A DNA stretch of 64,000 nucleotides from a virus. The stretch lies in the IMG/VR virus record IMGVR_UViG_3300021963_000038, positions 71,901 to 135,900 of that record; one strand, written 5' to 3'. The stretch's first letter is position 1. Each line of letters begins with the position of its first letter. Under the pieces are notes generated by a model. It saw only the letters and a program-made list of their open reading frames with translations. It did no database searches and was not told where the DNA came from. The translations under genes were made by a program, and so were the position numbers. Of this stretch, positions 20,187-29,650 are shown piece by piece.

Positions 20187-21319
20187 TGGAAAATGTATTA
20201 GTTAATTTTGACAATTTCAAAAGAACTTGGTCTGTTAAGGCAGAGTTACCTGTTTCTTTTACTGTCAAATATTCAAGTGATATTTTCAATTCATCTAACT
20301 TGGATTTGTTGTCATATAATGATTCTTATCGTAGGTTGGTTGTTATCGATAAAACAGTTTATGAAATTTACAAAGATGATTTGCATAGTTTTTTTGATAA
20401 ACATAAAGTTGAGTTGAAATTATTTGTAATTGATGCAACAGAAGAAAACAAGGATTGGAAACATACAGATGAAGTTTTAAGATTCTTTGAAGATGTTGGT
20501 GTTCTTCGTAGAGAACCAATCATTGCTATTGGTGGTGGAGTTTTACTAGACCTTGTTGGTTTCTGTTGCAGTATCTATCGCCGTGGTATTCCTTACATTA
20601 AGATACCAACAACATTATTGGCAATCGTAGATGCTTCAGTTGGTGTTAAAGTTGCCGCAAATCATTTTGATAGGCGTAATCGTATTGGTGCATACTATCC
20701 ACCAATCGCAACCTTTCTCGACAAGAAGTTTATCAAGACACAAAACGAAAGAGATATCGTTAATGGTATTGCTGAGATATTCAAACTTGCTGTTATCAAG
20801 AGTGAAGAATTGTTTGTCTTACTTGAAGAAAACTATGAACAATTAATTAATGAGAAGTTTCAATTTGGTGCGGTACCTGTTCGTGTAATCAACCTTGCAA
20901 TCACAGGTATGATTGATGAATTGGCACCAAATCTATGGGAAAAGAAATTAGACCGATGTGTTGACTTTGGTCATTCATTTGGTCCTTTGATAGAGATGAA
21001 TAACTTACCAAACCTATATCACGGTGAGGCTGTTGTGTTAGATTGTTTGTTCAGTTCTTGTATTGCAGAAGTTCGTGGGTATATCACAAGAGAACAGTTA
21101 TCGAGAATCTTTATTTGTGCTAAAAAATTAAAACTACCAACATGGCACCAAGATTTTTCTAAGGTTCGTTTACTTGAGTCTGCCTTAGAAGATACAAAGA
21201 AACACAGAAATGGTAATCAATATCTTCCTGTGCCAATTGGTATTGGACAATATACAATGTTGAATAATGTTACTGTCGATGAATTGAGAGTGGCAGCTGA
21301 TTTATTTGAGGAAATATGA
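20186..21319 (+). CDS. sedoheptulose-7-phosphate cyclase, 2-epi-5-epi-valiolone synthase (EEVS) type
   Basis: GGGVLLD, PTTLLAIVDASVG, MIDELAPNLWE..RCVDFGHSF, HGEAV. Confidence 0.85.
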   Translation: MENVLVNFDNFKRTWSVKAELPVSFTVKYSSDIFNSSNLDLLSYNDSYRRLVVIDKTVYEIYKDDLHSFFDKHKVELKLFVIDATEENKDWKHTDEVLRFFEDVGVLRREPIIAIGGGVLLDLVGFCCSIYRRGIPYIKIPTTLLAIVDASVGVKVAANHFDRRNRIGAYYPPIATFLDKKFIKTQNERDIVNGIAEIFKLAVIKSEELFVLLEENYEQLINEKFQFGAVPVRVINLAITGMIDELAPNLWEKKLDRCVDFGHSFGPLIEMNNLPNLYHGEAVVLDCLFSSCIAEVRGYITREQLSRIFICAKKLKLPTWHQDFSKVRLLESALEDTKKHRNGNQYLPVPIGIGQYTMLNNVTVDELRVAADLFEEI

Positions 21320-21993
21320 AAACAATTTTAATTACTGGCACAACAAGTGGTCTTGGTGCTACGATTGCTCACCACTATCTCGAACAAGGTTGGAATGTAA
21401 TTGGTTTAGCTCGTAGTGATTCTATATTTTCATATTCTAACTATAAACATTATAAGACAGACATTAGTAAAATCTATACAAGTTTAAGTGATACCTTTGA
21501 CCAAATCGGAGATACTAAGATTGATATCTTGGTTAACAATGCCGCTATTTTTAAAATGAAATCTTTTTCAGAAACAAGAATTGATGATATGTGCGATATG
21601 ATTGATATCAATCTTAAAGGTCCAATGTATGTAACTAAGTTTGCATTAAAAAATATGGAAAAAGGCAGTCGTATATTTTTCATCAATTCAGTTGCTGGTT
21701 TAGAACAATTAGAAAACCAATCTGTATATTGTGCCACAAAACATGGTCTTACAGGATTTGCAGGAGTTCTTGGTAAAGAATTGCAATCAAAAGGAATCAA
21801 AGTTACCAGCATACATCCAGGTGGTATTGATACACCACTATGGAACAAAGATGTACCTTACCCATGTGGTGATGTAAGTAAGGCAATCTCACCAATAGAG
21901 GTTGTAAAATTAATTGATTTCGTGTATAATAGTAAATTCAATATTGATTATAAAACAATTAAAATGTTCCCTGATACAGAATGGCATCAATGA
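21316..21993 (+). CDS. SDR oxidoreductase
   Basis: TGTTSGLG, NNA, YCATK, PGGIDT. Confidence 0.9.
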   Translation: MKTILITGTTSGLGATIAHHYLEQGWNVIGLARSDSIFSYSNYKHYKTDISKIYTSLSDTFDQIGDTKIDILVNNAAIFKMKSFSETRIDDMCDMIDINLKGPMYVTKFALKNMEKGSRIFFINSVAGLEQLENQSVYCATKHGLTGFAGVLGKELQSKGIKVTSIHPGGIDTPLWNKDVPYPCGDVSKAISPIEVVKLIDFVYNSKFNIDYKTIKMFPDTEWHQ

Positions 21994-22712
21994 GTATTAT
22001 ACCTGACAACCACCTTTTCATAGTTACTTCTGCCCTTAATACGGGCATTGGTGTTATTGATTTTGAAACTCGTGTCAATCAAACACTTGAAACCTTGAAA
22101 GTTCTCCGTGAAAGAGTGCCTCAAGCAATTATTACTTTGACTGATGCATCATCAAGACCAGTAGATAAATCTATCATGGATGAAATGTCGAAGTACAGTA
22201 ACATAAATTTAATATTTCATAATGATAGTGACCTGTGTACACTTGCAAATGCTGGATTAAAATCACAAGCAGAAATTATACTGTTACATAAAACATTATC
22301 AATGTTCAAAATGAATGCTGATTTGTTAAAAGTCATGTCAAGTGTAAAGAGAGTTTACAAATTATCAGGTAGAACTAATTTGATTGATGGTTTTGACATT
22401 GAAAGATATAATGATAAAAACTTGTATGGTAAATATGTTTTTAAGAAACGTATGCCATCATGGATGCCTATCGATAAACAAGTTGGCACGGGTGCAGACC
22501 ACTTATTGATTACAAGAATGTATTCTATCTGTATTTCTTTATTAGATAACTACTACAATACATTACCTTTGATTTATCAATCTGTGAATGAAAACAATAT
22601 TGATACGGAACATGGACATTACAAGCACATAGATAAACAATACTTGGTTGAATTTGATAATTTGTATTGCCAAGGAACTATGGCATCAACAGGACTTACG
22701 GAAACATATTGA
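21981..22712 (+). CDS. hypothetical glycan-cluster protein
   Basis: YKLSGR motif; cluster context. Confidence 0.5.
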   Translation: MASMSIIPDNHLFIVTSALNTGIGVIDFETRVNQTLETLKVLRERVPQAIITLTDASSRPVDKSIMDEMSKYSNINLIFHNDSDLCTLANAGLKSQAEIILLHKTLSMFKMNADLLKVMSSVKRVYKLSGRTNLIDGFDIERYNDKNLYGKYVFKKRMPSWMPIDKQVGTGADHLLITRMYSICISLLDNYYNTLPLIYQSVNENNIDTEHGHYKHIDKQYLVEFDNLYCQGTMASTGLTETY

Positions 22713-23995
22713 TGATTGATGATAAACTAATTGAAGAACTTGCTCGTCAAGCAAAACCAAAATATCAACAAGACTACACTAACTTTAATCCAGAAAAAGA
22801 TTATGTGATGTATTCTGGTCAGTTGTGGGACCATGACGAGTTTGCAGCTGGTCTTAAATCTTTTCTAACAGGTAAATGGTTGCCTGCTGGTGAAAGAGTT
22901 GAACAATTTCAAATGAAGTTTTCAAAGAAATATAATGTGAAGGCTTCGCACATGGTAAACTCTGGTTCATCAGCCAATTTGGTTATGATGGCCGCAGTTA
23001 AGAATCATCTACAATGGCAAGATGGTGATGAAGTTATCGTTTCACCTGTAGGATTCCCAACTACAATCGCACCATTGATGCAGAACAACCTCAAACCAGT
23101 ATTCATTGATATTGAGTTTGATACATTAAACTTTGATGTGAATCTAATCGAAGAAAAGATTACACCAAAAACAAAAGCAATCATTGTTTCTCCTGTGTTG
23201 GCAAACCCACCAGATATGGATGCGATTGTTGATATCTGCAAGAAACATAATCTTGTGTTGATTGGTGACAATTGTGATTCACTAGGCACCAAATGGGATG
23301 GTAAATTAATTACCGATTTATATTACTGTTGGTCAACATCATTCTATCCCGCACACCATATGTCAACAGGTGAAGGTGGCATGATTTCATCCAACGACAT
23401 TAAACTGATTGATGTTGCTAGGTCTATATCATGGTGGGGTCGTGATTGTTATTGTGTCGGTTCAAACAATATGTTACCATGTGGTACTTGTGGCAATCGA
23501 TTCGATAAATGGTTACCTGGTTATGATGGCATCATCGACCACAAATACATCTTTGCATATGCAGGTTATAATTTGAAACCACTTGATATGCAAGGTGCTA
23601 TTGGTATTGCACAACTAGGAAAAGTTGATTACATAGACCAGAAAAGAAAAGAACACAAAGAACGATTATCTAAACTGCTGACTAAGTATTTGAATGTTCG
23701 TATTGCAGATAAGTTAGAGAAGTCAGACCCATCATGGTTTGGTGTTCCAATTATTTGTGAATCACAAGAAGTGAAAGAAAAGTTAGTTGCCTTCTTTGAA
23801 GCAAATCGTATTCAAACAAGAAACTATTTTGCTGGTAATATATTGTTACATCCAGGTTTTAAACATCTAGATGATGCAAGTAAATATCCATTGGCAAACA
23901 AAGCACTATCTCATGTATTTTTGTTAGGTTGTCCTCCTTTTTGGAACGATGCAGTATTTGATTACATTGAAAAGGTATTAAAATCATGTCAGTAA
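22712..23995 (+). CDS. rfbH: RfbH/DdhC-type NDP-4-keto-6-deoxyhexose 3-dehydrase (DegT family)
   Basis: NSGSSANL, DNCDSLG, SFYPAHH (His in place of Lys), WGRDCYC...TCG Fe-S motif. Confidence 0.85.
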   Translation: MIDDKLIEELARQAKPKYQQDYTNFNPEKDYVMYSGQLWDHDEFAAGLKSFLTGKWLPAGERVEQFQMKFSKKYNVKASHMVNSGSSANLVMMAAVKNHLQWQDGDEVIVSPVGFPTTIAPLMQNNLKPVFIDIEFDTLNFDVNLIEEKITPKTKAIIVSPVLANPPDMDAIVDICKKHNLVLIGDNCDSLGTKWDGKLITDLYYCWSTSFYPAHHMSTGEGGMISSNDIKLIDVARSISWWGRDCYCVGSNNMLPCGTCGNRFDKWLPGYDGIIDHKYIFAYAGYNLKPLDMQGAIGIAQLGKVDYIDQKRKEHKERLSKLLTKYLNVRIADKLEKSDPSWFGVPIICESQEVKEKLVAFFEANRIQTRNYFAGNILLHPGFKHLDDASKYPLANKALSHVFLLGCPPFWNDAVFDYIEKVLKSCQ

Positions 23996-24177
23996 TTATT
24001 GATAAACCACACTACAAATTAACCGTAGATAAAAATCCAGTTTTTAACCCACCAGAGTTGAAAGAATTAGTTTTTAAAAAAACTTCATACAATGAAGATG
24101 GTTCTATTCTTACTTACAGTAAATTTGAATTGTATCTCACTGAAGATGAAATTAAAATGATTAAAGCTGCACTATGA
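23986..24177 (+). CDS. hypothetical protein
   Basis: ORF overlapping both neighbours. Confidence 0.5.
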   Translation: MSVIIDKPHYKLTVDKNPVFNPPELKELVFKKTSYNEDGSILTYSKFELYLTEDEIKMIKAAL

Positions 24178-24989
24178 AAGTACAAGTATTTGGTGGTAAT
24201 GGATTTGTTGGTTCTGCTTATGTGAAAAGAAATCCAGATTGTATTGTTAAATCAAGAAATGACTACACCGTAGGTGCAGAAGATGTTCTTTATATGATTT
24301 CGACAGTTACAAATTACCATGTCAAAACAGACCCATACATTGATATCAAAACTAATTTGATGACGTTGATGATGGTGTTGAGTCAATGTAAAGATATGAA
24401 TTTGACATTTAACTTTGTCAGTTCATGGTTTGTTTATGGTGAAACAGAAATGCCTGCAACTGAAGAATCAAATTGTTACCCAAATGGTTTCTATTCGATT
24501 ACAAAAAGATGTGCAGAACAATTATTGATTTCTTATTGTGAAACTTTTGGTATCAAGTATCGTATTCTCAGATTGGCCAATGTAGCGGGTCATGGTGATA
24601 AGAAAGCCTCACCACAAAAGAACGCACTTCAACATATGATTAATGAATTGAAGTTAGGTCGTGATGTAAATGTGTATGATGGTGGTAATTTGTATCGTGA
24701 TTATATTCATGTCAATGATGTTGCCCGAGCAATCGAATTGATATTGGAAAAAGGTGAAGTAAACACAATCTATAATGTGGGCAATGGTATGCCTCTTTTG
24801 TTTAAAGATATGATTGAGTATGCCAAAGAATTAGTCGGTGGGCAAGGCAAATTAAATCCAATCGAAATTCCACAGTTCCACAAGACAGTTCAAGTCCGTA
24901 GTATGTGGATGAAGAACGACAAATTGGCAGCGCTTGGATACACTCTAATGTACGATATGAAGGCTATCATTCAAGACATGGTGAAATGA
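24174..24989 (+). CDS. NAD-dependent epimerase/reductase
   Basis: GGNGFVG, SSWFVYG, YSITK, RDYIHV. Confidence 0.85.
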   Translation: MKVQVFGGNGFVGSAYVKRNPDCIVKSRNDYTVGAEDVLYMISTVTNYHVKTDPYIDIKTNLMTLMMVLSQCKDMNLTFNFVSSWFVYGETEMPATEESNCYPNGFYSITKRCAEQLLISYCETFGIKYRILRLANVAGHGDKKASPQKNALQHMINELKLGRDVNVYDGGNLYRDYIHVNDVARAIELILEKGEVNTIYNVGNGMPLLFKDMIEYAKELVGGQGKLNPIEIPQFHKTVQVRSMWMKNDKLAALGYTLMYDMKAIIQDMVK

Positions 24990-25636
24990 ATTTAATTCTA
25001 TATCAGGCATATTACCAGCAAGAACAACTTGTTCACCTAGATTCGACTTTTACTCCTTACGACAATACGGCAAACGATGCACCACATTTGCGTGAGTTGC
25101 CGATGTGGAGAAAGTTATTAGAACAACACAAAGACTCCGATTTACATTGGGGTCTTTTGTCATGGAGATGGTTACAAAAAACTGGTGTACCACCAATAAA
25201 ATTCAAAGAATGGATTCTCGCAAATGAAGGTTACGATGTTTATCATCTAGACCCTTTTGCATATCTTGCCAATGATTTTCCAAATTTATGGGTGCAAGGT
25301 GATATGTGGCATCCAGGTATGCTAGAGTTTGCAAGAATATTATTTCCAAAAATTGGCATCAATACACCAGTTGAACAGTTTAAATATCTACCTGAAGATT
25401 TTGGAACTTGCAATTATTTTGTAGGCAACTCTAAATTTTGGACAAATTACCTTGGTTTTATTGACCTATGTCTAAAACTATGTGATGAAGATGAACGGTT
25501 GAGCAACTACATATACAAAGATGGTCGAGAATATAATGGACATTTTATTCCATACTTTTCATTTGTTATTGAAAGGTTGTTCTCTATTCACAATATTTTG
25601 AATCGACAAATAACTGTTAAAAAATACCATGATTAA
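24986..25636 (+). CDS. hypothetical glycan-related protein
   Basis: GLLSWRW and FVIERLF; cluster context. Confidence 0.5.
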   Translation: MNLILYQAYYQQEQLVHLDSTFTPYDNTANDAPHLRELPMWRKLLEQHKDSDLHWGLLSWRWLQKTGVPPIKFKEWILANEGYDVYHLDPFAYLANDFPNLWVQGDMWHPGMLEFARILFPKIGINTPVEQFKYLPEDFGTCNYFVGNSKFWTNYLGFIDLCLKLCDEDERLSNYIYKDGREYNGHFIPYFSFVIERLFSIHNILNRQITVKKYHD

Positions 25637-26411
25637 TCAATTTGACTATGAAAAGTTAATTAAACAATATCAAGAAGGCAAACCATTTCGCCATGTGGTG
25701 ATTGACAACTTCTTTGATGCTGAAACTGCATTGAAACTATCTGCTGAATTTCCAGACTTCAATGACCCTAAAATTTGGTCTGTATATAAGAACCCTATTG
25801 AGAATAAGAAACTGACTCCTAATTGGGACTTGTTTCCTAAAAATACATACCGAGCATTTACTTTGATGAATACTCCAGAGTTTGTTGATAAGATTCGCAT
25901 AATTACAGGTATCAATAATCTAGAAGCCGATTATGGTTTACATGGTGGTGGTTGGCACATGACTGCTCGAGGTGGTAAATTGAATATGCACAAAGATTAT
26001 TCAATTCATCCTAAACTAGGCAAAGAAAGACGCATCAACATTATCATCTACATGACACCTGCATGGGAAGAAGAATGGGGTGGTGGTTTAGAATTCTGGT
26101 CACATGATGCAGAGAAGAATCTACCAAAAGAATGTGTGACCAAATTGTATAATAAATTTAATCGTGCGGTTCTATTTGACACCGCAGATAACTCATGGCA
26201 TGGACTACCAACAGAGCTCCAATGTCCAGAAGGTGTATATCGTAAGTCATTGAATATTTACTATGTTTCTGAAGCCAGACCGGAATCAGAAAAACACGAT
26301 AAAGCTTTGTTTGCACCATATGGTGACCAAGTAAATGACCCTCAGATACTTGAATTGATTAAAAAACGGTCTAGTTCCAAGACATCCGGTGAAGTTTACA
26401 GAACACCGTAA
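25629..26411 (+). CDS. 2OG-Fe(II) oxygenase
   Basis: HKD, WGGGLE, FNRAVLF, WHG, RKS motifs. Confidence 0.85.
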   Translation: MINQFDYEKLIKQYQEGKPFRHVVIDNFFDAETALKLSAEFPDFNDPKIWSVYKNPIENKKLTPNWDLFPKNTYRAFTLMNTPEFVDKIRIITGINNLEADYGLHGGGWHMTARGGKLNMHKDYSIHPKLGKERRINIIIYMTPAWEEEWGGGLEFWSHDAEKNLPKECVTKLYNKFNRAVLFDTADNSWHGLPTELQCPEGVYRKSLNIYYVSEARPESEKHDKALFAPYGDQVNDPQILELIKKRSSSKTSGEVYRTP

Positions 26412-26414
26412 ATA

Positions 26415-26422
26415 CATAAATA
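26415..26422 (+). promoter_or_regulatory. T4-type late promoter candidate
   Basis: intergenic CATAAATA (T4 consensus TATAAATA). Confidence 0.5.
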
Positions 26423-26460
26423 GTCTGTAAACTTGTAATATTATCGCTGTAGAGGCGGAA

Positions 26461-28608
26461 ATGAAATTTAGAGAATTTTTAGAAGAACAAAAAGAAAACC
26501 ATGCCGTTATGGCTTTTGGAAGGATGAACCCTCCAACAACAGGTCATGGTAAACTTGTAGACAAAGTTAAAGAGGTCGCCAAAAAAGTAGGCGGTTCTCA
26601 TCATGTCATATTATCACATTCGCAAGACAAGGAAAAGAATCCTCTGTCTGCCGAAGATAAGATAAAACACGCAAAACGATTCTTTCCAGATACTAATCTT
26701 TCAGTATCGAACAAAGAACATCCAACATTCCTACAACACGCAGCAAAACTTCACAAACAAGGTGTAACTCATTTACACATGGTTGCTGGTTCTGACCGTG
26801 TTCCTGAATACAAAAAGAAACTCGCACAATATAATGGCACACACGAAGGTGCATTATATAATTTTAAAAAGATTACGGTTCATAGTGCAGGCGAACGGGA
26901 TCCTGATGCTGAAGGCACAACTGGTATGTCAGCCTCTAAAATGAGAGGCCATGCTGCAAAAGGTAATTTTAAAGAATTTAAAAAAGGCATTCCCTCTCAC
27001 GTTGAACCACATCATGCAAAAGAATTGTACCATGATGTTCGTAAACATATGGGTATTAAAGAAGAAACAGAACTTGATATTCTGTTTGAAGAAATTTTAG
27101 AAGAAGGTGTCCACGATAAAGCCATTTTCAAAGCAGTATTTTTAGCAGGTGGTCCAGGTTCTGGTAAAGACTATGTTCTTGATAACACACTTGCAGGTCA
27201 TGGCCTAACTGAAATCAATTCAGATAAGGCACTTGAGTTTCTCATGGACAAAGAGAACCTCGACAAGAAAATGCCTGATAACGAAGAAGCACAAAGAGAT
27301 GCTGTTCGTTCAAGAGCTAAAAGTATGACTGAATTGCGCCAACGATTGGCACTACAAGGTCGCAACGGCCTTATCATCAATGGTACTGGTGATGACTATG
27401 AAAAAATCAAACGCATCAAAGAAAAATTAGAAGCCATTGGTTATGAAACTTCTATGATTACAGTTAATACTCGTGATGAAGTTTCTCAACAAAGAAATGT
27501 TGAGCGTGGCCAACGTGGTGGTCGTACCGTGCCGGAAAACATCCGTAAAGAAAAATGGGACTCAGTTCAGAAATCAAGACCACAACTTGCAGAGTTATTT
27601 AAAGATAACTATGTTGAATTTGATAATTCTGAAGATTTGCGTTCTGCACATCCAGATGTAGTTAAAACCAAAAAAGATGAATTGTTATCTTTGTATAAAA
27701 ACTTTCAAAAGTTTGTTTCTAAACCACCTAAGAATGATAAAGCAAAAGAATGGGTTGGTGGGCAATTAGGCAAGAAAGATACTTTACCGGTTCCTAAAAA
27801 AGGACAAGAAGCTGTACATCACCCAGCAGATAGAGATTCTAAAGCTACTCTACAAGCAAGACAATTAGGTTTAACCTATTTTGGTTTTGGTCGTTGGGGT
27901 AAAGGTGGTGTTGTTTCACATCATGTTGTGCATGGTCAATTAGTTGCCAACGAAACAGAAAAAAGAGGACAACAAACCGTGCAAGTACCACAAACAAAAA
28001 CTATTGAGAAGATTAAAAAAGTTAACGAAGAATTCGAAAACTTTTTAAATGAATCGGTTACAGTATCGGTAATAGAAGAATCTAACAAAGTTGATTTACA
28101 CCATAGTAAATTAATGAAAGATGGTAAAGGTAAAGTTAGAACTTTTATGATACGCAGAAATGCAGCCAAAGAGGCTCATACACACAATGGTGTCGTACAT
28201 AAAATCGATAAGGGATATGTTGTTAAAATAAAGGAGAATGAAGATGTTAAAAGCATTAGTCAATTATTTAAAGTTGAAACCGAAGGTAGAAGAATCACCG
28301 AAAGTGGAAGTACAACCAGTTCCAGAACCAGAGGTGAAGAAACCGGCAGTAAAAAAATCACCCTCGAAGAAATCCGTGCCCGCCAAAAAGAAAAAATAAA
28401 TGAAATTGATGGTGGTACAGAACCAGGTATGGCATTGAATGGTTACGCAAAAGAAACTATCAGCAGAAAACGTAAAGATGGTAAAGTAACTGTTACAGAA
28501 TTAACTGGTGATGAAACTACTATGAGTATTGGTGATAAAAAAGAAGATGACCTTAAAAAAGTAGGCATCAATCTTTCATCATTTAAAGCAAAGAAATTTG
28601 TAGGGTAA
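26461..28608 (+). CDS. cytidyltransferase-like domain fused to a P-loop (zeta/PNK-like) kinase; putative virion-packaged polyprotein
   Basis: FGRMNPPTTGH, VAGSDR, SASKMR; GGPGSGKD; N-terminus MKFREFLEE. Confidence 0.75.
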   Translation: MKFREFLEEQKENHAVMAFGRMNPPTTGHGKLVDKVKEVAKKVGGSHHVILSHSQDKEKNPLSAEDKIKHAKRFFPDTNLSVSNKEHPTFLQHAAKLHKQGVTHLHMVAGSDRVPEYKKKLAQYNGTHEGALYNFKKITVHSAGERDPDAEGTTGMSASKMRGHAAKGNFKEFKKGIPSHVEPHHAKELYHDVRKHMGIKEETELDILFEEILEEGVHDKAIFKAVFLAGGPGSGKDYVLDNTLAGHGLTEINSDKALEFLMDKENLDKKMPDNEEAQRDAVRSRAKSMTELRQRLALQGRNGLIINGTGDDYEKIKRIKEKLEAIGYETSMITVNTRDEVSQQRNVERGQRGGRTVPENIRKEKWDSVQKSRPQLAELFKDNYVEFDNSEDLRSAHPDVVKTKKDELLSLYKNFQKFVSKPPKNDKAKEWVGGQLGKKDTLPVPKKGQEAVHHPADRDSKATLQARQLGLTYFGFGRWGKGGVVSHHVVHGQLVANETEKRGQQTVQVPQTKTIEKIKKVNEEFENFLNESVTVSVIEESNKVDLHHSKLMKDGKGKVRTFMIRRNAAKEAHTHNGVVHKIDKGYVVKIKENEDVKSISQLFKVETEGRRITESGSTTSSRTRGEETGSKKITLEEIRARQKEKINEIDGGTEPGMALNGYAKETISRKRKDGKVTVTELTGDETTMSIGDKKEDDLKKVGINLSSFKAKKFVG

Positions 28609-28609
28609 T

Positions 28610-29614
28610 ATGAAAACATTTAATACATTTGTTGTTGAAGATTTACGCAAGTGGTTCAGTAAAACCGATCCAGAAGGTGGTTGGAAAAGAATCAACAGTA
28701 AAGGTGAAGCAATTGGTCCTTGTGCAAGAGAACCAGGTGAACCTAAACCTAAGTGTATGTCAAATGAAAAGAGAGCTCAACTAACTAAAAAAGAAAGAGC
28801 ATCTGCTGTTCGTGCAAAAAGAAAACACGACCCTAATCCTGAGAGAAAAGGTGAACCAATCAACGTGTCAAACTTTGGTAAAGGAAAGATATCAGAAGCA
28901 TCAGCAGCTGCTATTGCAGCCGCTACTGCAATTTCTAAAAAGAAATCTGGAAATTATGACAAAGATGGGTTAAGAGTTAAACCCTACAAGAATCCAGATG
29001 CTCCAAATAAAAAGTCAAATGAGCAAAGGAAAAAAGAAATGAAAGAAGAAATCGAACAAATCGATGAAAAGAATGTACCAACAAGTCCTGAAAAATGGGC
29101 ACAAGCTAAAGCACAAGCTAAAGCTAAGTTTGATGTATATCCTTCTGCTTATGCGAATGGTTGGGCATCAAAGAAGTATAAAGAGATGGGTGGTGGATGG
29201 AAATCTGTTAGTGAAAAAGAAGAATTGCTTTCATTTAAATCATTCATCAACGAAAGATGCTGGCCAGGTTATAAAGAAGTACCAGGCAAAAAAGCATATG
29301 AACAAGGTTCTTGCAGAAAAGAAGAAGTTGAATTGGATGAAGTTGCTGCTTGGCAACGCAAAGAAGGTAAATCTGAATCTGGTGGCCTAAATCGTAAAGG
29401 TATTGAATCATATCGTAGAGAGAATCCAGGTTCTAAACTTTCAATGGCAGTTACAACAAAACCATCAAAATTAAAACCAGGTTCGAAATCAGCAAATCGT
29501 AGAAAATCATTTTGTGCTCGCATGGGCGGCATGAAGAAGCGTTTGACTTCTGATAAAACTGCAAATGATCCAGATTCACGCATCAATAAAGCATTAAGAA
29601 AATGGAATTGTTAA
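28610..29614 (+). CDS. modular basic internal head protein (DUF5872/DUF6321-like modules)
   Basis: EDLRKWF, YPSAYAN, CWPGY, RRKSFCARM modules; N-terminus MKTFNTFVVE. Confidence 0.6.
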   Translation: MKTFNTFVVEDLRKWFSKTDPEGGWKRINSKGEAIGPCAREPGEPKPKCMSNEKRAQLTKKERASAVRAKRKHDPNPERKGEPINVSNFGKGKISEASAAAIAAATAISKKKSGNYDKDGLRVKPYKNPDAPNKKSNEQRKKEMKEEIEQIDEKNVPTSPEKWAQAKAQAKAKFDVYPSAYANGWASKKYKEMGGGWKSVSEKEELLSFKSFINERCWPGYKEVPGKKAYEQGSCRKEEVELDEVAAWQRKEGKSESGGLNRKGIESYRRENPGSKLSMAVTTKPSKLKPGSKSANRRKSFCARMGGMKKRLTSDKTANDPDSRINKALRKWNC

Positions 29615-29650
29615 TTTCGTATAAAATTATAAAACTAAAAAGGAAAAACC

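Noticed and set aside
20186-21319. 3-dehydroquinate synthase, or a gadusol/mycosporine sunscreen pathway
   Set aside because: Active-site motifs match EEVS rather than AroB or DDGS, and no MT-Ox, O-methyltransferase or ATP-grasp partner is present in the window.
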